Virus record (IMG/VR): IMGVR_UViG_3300009103_000007
Location: 57,042 to 121,041 of that record
Source: a virus
DNA length: 64,000 nucleotides
Reading direction: 5' to 3' (one strand)
A program made the translations under genes and the position numbers. Below the pieces are notes generated by a model that did not search any database, was not told the DNA's origin, and saw only the letters and a program-made list of their open reading frames with translations. Each line of letters opens with the position of its first letter. Positions within the stretch are counted from its first letter, which is position 1. Positions 57,390 through 64,000 of the stretch are shown piece after piece.

Positions 57390-60300
57390 ATGGCAGCTAG
57401 AAAATTTAAGTTTGTTTCGCCTGGCGTCTTTTTAAAGGAAATTGACAATTCGCAGCTTCCAAAATTCCCGGGGCCCGTGGGGCCCGCCATCATAGGGCGC
57501 GCAAGAAAGGGCCCTGCGATGAAGCCAATACAGGTTAATTCATATGCGGAGTTTATAGATATATTTGGCGAACCGATACCGGGCAATCAGGGCGACGATG
57601 TTTGGAGAGATGGAAACGGCTTGCTAGCTCCCGCTTATGGTCCATATGCTGCAAAAGCATACCTGTCAGCTGACATTGAGTCACCGATTACTTATATAAG
57701 ATTGTTGGGTATACAGGGCGATGACGCTGTTGAGGCTTCGTCTGCTCATGAAGGTGGCACCGCCACAAATCCGAGTTATGGCGAATCACCGGAAGCAGGG
57801 TGGCACATGAACAAGGCTTATGGTATCTTTTTGATACCTTCGGGCTCCTCTCTTGGCGGAGTCGGAGCCGCCACGGGGATGCATGCAAATTCGAATCTGC
57901 AACTAGCAAGTCGTACTGCATCTTTGGCAGCAATTGTATATGGTGAATCCGATTATGAGTTATCAATGGTGGGGAGGAGTTCTACTAGTGTTATGTTAGG
58001 GTCTTCTTCGCACGCATATGATTATCGCACAGTCGACGGCGCCAGAGGGGGCGAAGCGTTCCAGATGTCGGGAGACAAGATGACGCTTCAAATGAAGAAA
58101 GCTACAGCTGGTTCTAAAAATGGTTTTCTTAGAGATATTTCCCTAAATAAGGGAAAGAATTACATAAGAGAGGTCATCAATTCAAATCCAGTAGCTGTGA
58201 ACAATCACGATGATAAGGGCATTTCGTATACTCGTGCGGGAACTTTATCTGAAATCTTTTTTGTGGGACAAACGTTTGAACAGGAATATTCAAGAGTAAA
58301 AGAGAGTATTGGCGATCCCGATGGCGTTTCTGCATTTGTGCTCCCTCTCAAGACTTCTGAAAGTTCAGACATGGCAGATTATAGCCATGAAATGTCTTCA
58401 GCTAGAACGGGTTGGTGCTTTTCGCAGGACACGGGTAACCCCAGCTTCTATGATTACAATAATATGTCCAAGCTATTTAGGCTCATTTCGCTTCATGAGG
58501 GAGAATCCGCCTCGAAAGAGTTGATCGTCGCAGTTGAGGATGTGAGGGTTGCATCGCAGGGCGCTGCAGATCCTTATGGCACTTTTACGATATCTGTCAA
58601 GCGCGCGTATGGTGGCAAAATTGTAACTGTAGAGTCGTTTCCGGGTTGCAACTTGAACCCAAGCTCTCAGAATTATCTTGCTCGACAGGTGGGCGATCAG
58701 TATGTTGGGTGGGATCCGATTGAAAAAAGAAACAAGATTTATGGAAATTATCCGAATCGCTCCATCTATATACGAGCAGAAATGGACAAGACTGTTGATG
58801 TTGGGGCAGAGTCTCCCGACAAAGTGCCATTTGGCTATTTTGGACCAATTAAACCGAAAGATATCACACATCAGGTTAGTGGAGCAGTTGATCGAGTGGA
58901 TGGCTGGGCTGCAGGCTCGATAAGAAACATGTTTCCGGAGAAGACTCCAACTGGCGGAAGTAAAGCAAGTCTCCGTATTCAGTGGCCATCTCTTCGTACG
59001 GTAAAAAGCGGATCCCTTGATGGGTCAACCTATTTTGGAGCCTCAATGTACAAGATGGGGTCTAAGGGTGTTCAGTCAGATGAATTTGATGCTGGGACGA
59101 TCGATTATCTTCGGCCCCTTCCGGCATACCTTCGTAAAGATGAGATAGCGGGGACAACTTCTGCCAACAGTCAATATAGCTATATATTTAGTCTGGATGA
59201 GCTTGTGGTTTCTGGGTCTAACAATGATACTCTTGGGGATGCGAGCACCGCAAAGGTTGTTAGTGCTTATCATCAGTCTGGATCCCGACGACCAATCCCT
59301 ATAGCCGCTGCATCTGCAACTGTTGCAATTACCACCGCCACGGCCGCAGACCTTGACGGCGACAACATAACCCTATCCCTAACCTCAGCCGATGACCTGA
59401 ATGGCGGAACGACAACGAAAGTATATAGATTCAACAATGGGGGGGGTCAGGCCAATGGAGCATCTATTTCCGGAAACATAGTGAGAGTTAATGTTGGCGG
59501 CGCCGGCGATGACGACGCCATTGCACAAAAACTGAAAGAGGCAATTGAAGCTTCTGCCGGTCATGATGAGAAACTTACTGTTGTAAGAAGTAATGCTACT
59601 TTAACAATAACCCAAGCAGTTAACGGAGTCCAAGGGAATACGGTAATACCAGCTCCCGCCAATGGTGCTGCCAATAAATTTACAGTGAATGGAGGGATCA
59701 TCCAAACTGCCTTCTCAGGCGGCGCCAATGAAAAAATTTCCTATACTGCAGCTACAACTGCCGGAGGAGAAAAATATAACGGCTCCGTAGAGGCTTTAAC
59801 TGAGTTGGGCTTTGATAGATTCTGGATGCCTTTGGCCGGCGGCCATGATGGTGTTGATATCCGAGAGGCTGACCCATTCTGTAATCGTGTTTTAAACGCA
59901 GGTGCTACAGCTGGCGGTTCAAGTAACTCCTACGCATATGCAACTGTGGAAAGGGCGATAAGTTTACTTAGTGACCCCGAGGCTGTGGAGTGTAATGTTA
60001 TGGTTGCCCCTGGGGTCACCAATACGTCGCTTACAACCAAGCTGATACAAACATGTGAAGCCCGCGCCGACGCTCTGGGAATCATTGACCTGCCAGATAT
60101 TTATGTACCCCCTCATGAAGCTAAGTGTGATAATTTTGAGGCGCGCCTGCAGACTACTCCCCTTAAGTCCGCGAAAGCACTTAAATTGAGGGCATTGAAT
60201 TCTAGCTATGGTTGCGCATACTACCCTTGGGTTAAAATAAAGGACTCTGAGAACACGAGAGATGTGTGGGTGCCACCTTCTGTCATAGCGCTTGGTATTT

Positions 60301-60848
60301 TTGGATACACTGAGCAAGCGGAGGAAGTTTGGTTTGCGCCAGCTGGGTTTAACCGAGGTGGTTTGAATGAGGGGAATGCGGGTGTACCTGTCTTACAGGT
60401 TACCGAGCAGCTACTCTCGAAGCAGAGAGATACACTTTATGAAGCTAACATCAACCCAATTGCCAGTTTTGTTACTGAGGGGTTGGTGGTTTTTGGCCAA
60501 AAGACGCTGCAAAGCACAGCATCTGCTTTGGATAGGATTAATGTTAGAAGACTTCTCATCTTTGTAAAGAAAGAAGTTTCAAGAATAGCTTCTGGTTTGC
60601 TGTTTGATCAGAACGTGCCTGCAACATGGAATCGCTTCACTGGACAGGTGGTGCCATTTCTGCAGAGCGTGAAAACACGCCTTGGACTTTCTGACTTCAA
60701 GGTTGTGTTGGACGAAACAACAACGACGCCAGATTTGATTGATAGAAATATATTGTACGCAAAGATCTACCTGAAGCCTGCGCGCGCAATCGAGTTTATT
60801 GCGGTTGATTTTGTTATAACGAGAACTGGAGCATCTTTTGACGATTAA
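57390..60848 (+). CDS. gp18: Contractile tail sheath protein (T4 gp18-like), 1,152 aa
   Basis: N-terminal FVSPGVFLKEID; C-terminal YYPWV, VWFAPAGFNRG, LYEANINPI, GQKTL, DRINVRRLL and LKPARAIEFI. Confidence 0.95.
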   Translation: MAARKFKFVSPGVFLKEIDNSQLPKFPGPVGPAIIGRARKGPAMKPIQVNSYAEFIDIFGEPIPGNQGDDVWRDGNGLLAPAYGPYAAKAYLSADIESPITYIRLLGIQGDDAVEASSAHEGGTATNPSYGESPEAGWHMNKAYGIFLIPSGSSLGGVGAATGMHANSNLQLASRTASLAAIVYGESDYELSMVGRSSTSVMLGSSSHAYDYRTVDGARGGEAFQMSGDKMTLQMKKATAGSKNGFLRDISLNKGKNYIREVINSNPVAVNNHDDKGISYTRAGTLSEIFFVGQTFEQEYSRVKESIGDPDGVSAFVLPLKTSESSDMADYSHEMSSARTGWCFSQDTGNPSFYDYNNMSKLFRLISLHEGESASKELIVAVEDVRVASQGAADPYGTFTISVKRAYGGKIVTVESFPGCNLNPSSQNYLARQVGDQYVGWDPIEKRNKIYGNYPNRSIYIRAEMDKTVDVGAESPDKVPFGYFGPIKPKDITHQVSGAVDRVDGWAAGSIRNMFPEKTPTGGSKASLRIQWPSLRTVKSGSLDGSTYFGASMYKMGSKGVQSDEFDAGTIDYLRPLPAYLRKDEIAGTTSANSQYSYIFSLDELVVSGSNNDTLGDASTAKVVSAYHQSGSRRPIPIAAASATVAITTATAADLDGDNITLSLTSADDLNGGTTTKVYRFNNGGGQANGASISGNIVRVNVGGAGDDDAIAQKLKEAIEASAGHDEKLTVVRSNATLTITQAVNGVQGNTVIPAPANGAANKFTVNGGIIQTAFSGGANEKISYTAATTAGGEKYNGSVEALTELGFDRFWMPLAGGHDGVDIREADPFCNRVLNAGATAGGSSNSYAYATVERAISLLSDPEAVECNVMVAPGVTNTSLTTKLIQTCEARADALGIIDLPDIYVPPHEAKCDNFEARLQTTPLKSAKALKLRALNSSYGCAYYPWVKIKDSENTRDVWVPPSVIALGIFGYTEQAEEVWFAPAGFNRGGLNEGNAGVPVLQVTEQLLSKQRDTLYEANINPIASFVTEGLVVFGQKTLQSTASALDRINVRRLLIFVKKEVSRIASGLLFDQNVPATWNRFTGQVVPFLQSVKTRLGLSDFKVVLDETTTTPDLIDRNILYAKIYLKPARAIEFIAVDFVITRTGASFDD

Positions 60849-60899
60849 AGGGTGAAAATCTTCAGCGAGTTAATATATACTATTAGGAGAACACTACTT

Positions 60900-61502
60900 A
60901 TGGCAACAAATACAAATTTCTGGAGTGAAGCAAATCTTGAGCCGAAGCGTTCATTTAGATGGATGCTTTATATTGCTGGTATGCCCCAGTTTATTGTGAA
61001 GTCGGCGAAAAAGCCAAGTTTTAGTGTTGCGGAAACACCGCATGAGTTTTTAAATTATAAGTTTTATTACCCCGGCAGAGTAGAGTGGAACACAATTGAC
61101 GTGTCAATCGTCGATCCAGTTCAGCCTGACTCCACGGCCAGTTTAATGAAAGTGTTGAGCAATGCAGGGTATGTGACGCCTGATAATTTCACAGCCATGG
61201 CAGATCAGCCGCGAACTATTTCGAAGGAGTCGTTCGTGGAAACACTTGGTAGGCAGATATCGTTAGTTCAGTTTGGTGCAAATACTGGCGCTCAAACCCA
61301 AAATGTGCTAGAGCACTGGGTACTAAATAATCCATTCTTAACAAGTGTGGATTTCGGGCAGCTAGATTATAGTAGTGACGACTTAGTTAATCTTTCGATG
61401 ACCATCAGGTATGATTGGGCTAATTTGAGAACTCCTGATATCGAAGCCGATACATCAAGGCTCTGGACGCTCAATTCAGGACCAAATATTAATTTGAGTT
61501 AA
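60900..61502 (+). CDS. gp19: Tail tube protein (T4 gp19-like)
   Basis: Follows the sheath gene; EPKRSFRW, YPGRVEWNTI, LDYSSDD and TIRYDWA. Start moved to ATG 60900 (AGGAG upstream). Confidence 0.85.
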   Translation: MATNTNFWSEANLEPKRSFRWMLYIAGMPQFIVKSAKKPSFSVAETPHEFLNYKFYYPGRVEWNTIDVSIVDPVQPDSTASLMKVLSNAGYVTPDNFTAMADQPRTISKESFVETLGRQISLVQFGANTGAQTQNVLEHWVLNNPFLTSVDFGQLDYSSDDLVNLSMTIRYDWANLRTPDIEADTSRLWTLNSGPNINLS

Positions 61503-61528
61503 TGACTCAATAGACGAAAAGAGGATTA

Positions 61529-62419
61529 ATGTCTAGAAATTCTAGTAGAACAGAGGTTTACGAGGCACCGGCTGGTGAAACACCGCCGCGGCCCAAACCC
61601 AAACCAACATCAAGACCAGACTTGAGCGCAAGTACAAGAGAGAATCCATTTGGGTTATCATTTGTGGCACCCACAGAACATGTCGACCTTCCTTCACGAG
61701 GAAGTTTCTACGACAAGGAAAGCCCCCTGTTTGGTACCGAAAGTGTAGAGATAAAACACCTTACTGCAAAAGAAGAGGACATATTAGCAAATCAAGATTA
61801 CCTCATGAGAGGGGTAGTTTTGGACAAACTAATAGACAGCATTCTTGTGGATAGGAGGCTAAAATCATCTGATTTCCTTTCAGGTGACAAAAACGCCATT
61901 CTTGTTGCAGCTAGGTCTACAGGATATGGAAATAAATATGAAATGTCACAACCGTGCCCTGAGTGTAATCAGGTGGGGGACTTTACTTTTGATCTCGATA
62001 AAGCTAGGCCCTCCGATAAGGAACTAGAAGAAGGAGTAGAATTCCTTCCCGACCGCGGTGTTTTTTCTTTTATGTTGCCAAAATCTGACATCTATGTTAG
62101 TATTCGCCTTTTGGTGGGTTCTGACGAAGAGTACTTTGAAAAACAAAAAGAAAGACAAGAAAAATTAGGCATAGAAGTTAACTCAACAATAGAGTTTTTA
62201 AGAAAAGTTATTGTAGAAGCTAACGGAATTGTCGATAGATCACTGATAAACCAACTAATTGAAGTCTTGCCAGCAATCGATTCCCGCAAGATAAGAGCGG
62301 TTTATAGTAGGGTGATGCCAGAACTAGATACGTCACAAGCCGTAACCTGTTCTAAATGCAATGAGGAATCGATAAGTGAGGTGCCCTTCTCTTTGGGCTT
62401 TTTTTGGCCTGAGCTTTGA
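61529..62419 (+). CDS. Tail/baseplate-hub assembly chaperone (T4 gp26-like) with CxxC pairs
   Basis: VDLPSRGSFY, LTAKEEDIL, GDKNAILVAARSTGYG, CPEC...CSKC; lies between the tube and tape measure genes. Confidence 0.75.
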   Translation: MSRNSSRTEVYEAPAGETPPRPKPKPTSRPDLSASTRENPFGLSFVAPTEHVDLPSRGSFYDKESPLFGTESVEIKHLTAKEEDILANQDYLMRGVVLDKLIDSILVDRRLKSSDFLSGDKNAILVAARSTGYGNKYEMSQPCPECNQVGDFTFDLDKARPSDKELEEGVEFLPDRGVFSFMLPKSDIYVSIRLLVGSDEEYFEKQKERQEKLGIEVNSTIEFLRKVIVEANGIVDRSLINQLIEVLPAIDSRKIRAVYSRVMPELDTSQAVTCSKCNEESISEVPFSLGFFWPEL

Positions 62420-62570
62420 ATACGTAGAGAAGGTCACTTATGAAGAAATATTCTTTTTAACACAACATGCCAACCTTTCGTTCACGGAATCTTACAATTT
62501 GCCCATTAAGTTGAGATCGTGGTACGTAAATCGCACTATAAGACATTTTGAGTCTCAAAACAAAGAATAA
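62406..62570 (+). CDS. Second chaperone segment (gp51-like), probably translated by frameshift from 61529
   Basis: YEEIFFLTQHANLSFTESYNLPIKLRSWY pattern. The frame has no ATG and is open across the U7 tract at 62399-62405. Confidence 0.6.
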   Translation, partial: GLSFEYVEKVTYEEIFFLTQHANLSFTESYNLPIKLRSWYVNRTIRHFESQNKE

Positions 62571-62616
62571 ATTCTGTAGTTCTATATTTATAGTATAGAG
62601 GAGCGATAGATTAAAT

Positions 62617-64000
62617 ATGAAACCTGGAGCACCCGGATACCTAGAGTGGGTACACAAAAACGCTGGCAGATTAACCGGCGACCAATTGAAAACTGCTGTA
62701 GGGTTTTTATCAAATAAAGTAAAGACGCTCTCTGCCGGCCGCGCCGGCGGCGATTACGTGGGATCAGCTTTAAGTGAAGACACGACTGTGCTCGATCAAA
62801 AGGCCCTTAAGCCTTTGCAGCGTATCGCTCAAATATATAAAGAAATACGCGAAGAGCAGGCTAAATTTTTCTCTGAAGGTGGCGCCTTTTACAGTGACCT
62901 TGGGGGCAGCGCTAGCGCCTTGGGTGAATCCTTCGCCGAAGTCTCGGAAATTACAAGAAAGTATTTTGGCGAAGCCGCCGGCGGCCACAGGGTTATGGGG
63001 GACTTATATAAGAGTTTTAAGGGGTTCATAGGATTAAACAAAGAACAGGCAGCCAAACTTGGTAAGACGGCCGCGGCCTTTGAGAAATTAGGTTTAAGTA
63101 CGCAGACATATGGGCAAATCATGGACTCTGCTGCGCTTGCTTATGGTCAAAACGCGGGCCAACTTGATGCATTGGCCGGAAGTCTGTGGGAATTGAGAAA
63201 AGAATTTAAGATGGCACCGGAAGAAATGGCCAGAAACTTCCATACAGCTCAAAAGTCCTTTCACTATGAAGCGGGAAAAATGATGGAAGTGTTTAAGAAG
63301 CTTCAACGCACCTCACGTACAACTGGTGTTTCTTTTGATTCATTGACTAATGCCTTCGGCGGGTCTATGGACACATTCGAGGGGTCATCAACAAAAGCTG
63401 GGCGCCTCAATGCCATGTTGGGCAAGAGCGTATTTAATTCACTAAATCTCCTTCGAATGGACGAAGGAGAAAGAATGGAGCATATCGTGGGTCGCCTAAA
63501 GAGTACGCTTGGGTCTCGCGTCGACAGGTTGGGGAAGTTCGAACTGAAATCATTTGCAGATACGTTGGGCCTATCAGTAAATGATACAAGAAGACTTTTG
63601 CAGGGAAAGGGAGATGTAAAGCAGGCTTTGGCAAAAGCAGTTGCTCCCAAAGATAAGGCCTTGGCCAATAACACAAAGGGGATCAAGGCCTCAACAGAGG
63701 CTTTTAAGGAGATGATTACTGTTATAAAGAATCTCCAGGGCCCCGGAACGCGTTTCCGTAGGGAGTTTGCAGCAACGAAGGGAGAGGCCACTTCCAGAAC
63801 AGCCATTCAGGCCATCATAAAGCAGGCAGCTATCTCAGGATTCCGTGACGACCAAGGCGCCATCTCGCGGAAAGGAAAATCGATCAGCGCCGCCATCGAG
63901 AAAGCATTATCGGCCGAAACCGATATGGGCAAGTTGATGGATATTGCACAGGGACTATCTATGCTCAGTGCTAGTCAGCGCTCCACCATCGTCCACGGCG
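62617..64000 (+). CDS. Tape measure protein, N-terminal ~461 aa (runs off the window, so absent from the ORF track)
   Basis: Hand translation finds an open frame from ATG 62617 (GAGGAG upstream) to the window end. It is Ala/Gly/Lys-rich and helical (e.g. FDTFEGS-like SMDTFEGSSTKAGRLNAMLG) and follows the chaperone genes. Confidence 0.8.
   Translation, partial: MKPGAPGYLEWVHKNAGRLTGDQLKTAVGFLSNKVKTLSAGRAGGDYVGSALSEDTTVLDQKALKPLQRIAQIYKEIREEQAKFFSEGGAFYSDLGGSASALGESFAEVSEITRKYFGEAAGGHRVMGDLYKSFKGFIGLNKEQAAKLGKTAAAFEKLGLSTQTYGQIMDSAALAYGQNAGQLDALAGSLWELRKEFKMAPEEMARNFHTAQKSFHYEAGKMMEVFKKLQRTSRTTGVSFDSLTNAFGGSMDTFEGSSTKAGRLNAMLGKSVFNSLNLLRMDEGERMEHIVGRLKSTLGSRVDRLGKFELKSFADTLGLSVNDTRRLLQGKGDVKQALAKAVAPKDKALANNTKGIKASTEAFKEMITVIKNLQGPGTRFRREFAATKGEATSRTAIQAIIKQAAISGFRDDQGAISRKGKSISAAIEKALSAETDMGKLMDIAQGLSMLSASQRSTIVHG

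Noticed and set aside
20430-60899. Longest-ORF starts in the supplied track (20430, 33689, 34101, 34682, 41060, 46479, 47890, 60852)
   Set aside because: Downstream ATGs at 20457, 33731, 34125, 34721, 41072, 46533, 47932 and 60900 mostly have better SD spacing and smaller overlaps with upstream genes or regulatory elements.
60868-60902. Late motif upstream of the tail tube gene
   Set aside because: Only weak matches (TTAATATATA; ACTACTTATG overlapping the start codon). The gene is probably co-transcribed with the sheath, so these were not counted.
1-64000. Stop-codon reassignment (seen in some large phages)
   Set aside because: Standard code 11 already gives near-complete coding density, and TAA, TAG and TGA all end genes at tight junctions.
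1-64000. CRISPR array, tRNA, rRNA, IS element, intron, intein or homing endonuclease
   Set aside because: No repeat-spacer periodicity. Intergenic gaps are mostly under 110 nt with no cloverleaf noticed. TerL, portal, MCP and primase are uninterrupted, and I saw no intein, LAGLIDADG, HNH, GIY-YIG or transposase motifs. A formal tRNAscan/Infernal run was not possible.
1-64000. Cellular contractile injection system or gene transfer agent rather than a phage
   Set aside because: Terminase, portal, protease, scaffold, T4-like MCP, primase and recombination genes accompany the tail genes, and no cellular housekeeping context is present (bS21 is embedded in the head operon).

Overview
This is a 64-kb, gene-dense, all-plus-strand segment of a large T4-like contractile-tailed (myo)phage genome, about 41-42% GC by eye, in the standard genetic code. 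It holds most of the virion morphogenesis region in this order: (1) baseplate block, including a 4,277-aa multi-LamG protein; (2) J-domain protein, RuvC-like resolvase, primase and a single-chain SbcD-SbcC (Mre11-Rad50) fusion; (3) four small membrane genes, probably lysis-related; (4) terminase, portal, prohead protease, ribosomal protein bS21, scaffold and major capsid protein; (5) probable decoration proteins and neck proteins; (6) a repeat-built tail fibre, sheath, tube, tail assembly chaperones and the start of the tape measure gene. The most interesting signals are: a ~110-140-aa 'plug-in' module inserted into at least four, probably five, different virion proteins; a recurrent intergenic ACTA(T/A)TTA motif that looks like a lineage-specific late promoter (TATTTATA is the reverse complement of T4's TATAAATA); a candidate +1 frameshift on a U7 tract in the tail chaperone gene; bS21 inside the head operon together with strong Shine-Dalgarno usage and canonical sigma70 promoters; strong apparent over-representation of GGCGCC and GCCGGC; and a 21-aa micro-ORF followed by two mutually exclusive hairpins just before the protease gene. 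No tRNA, rRNA, CRISPR array, intein, intron or IS element was seen. All family assignments come from motif recognition, not database searches.
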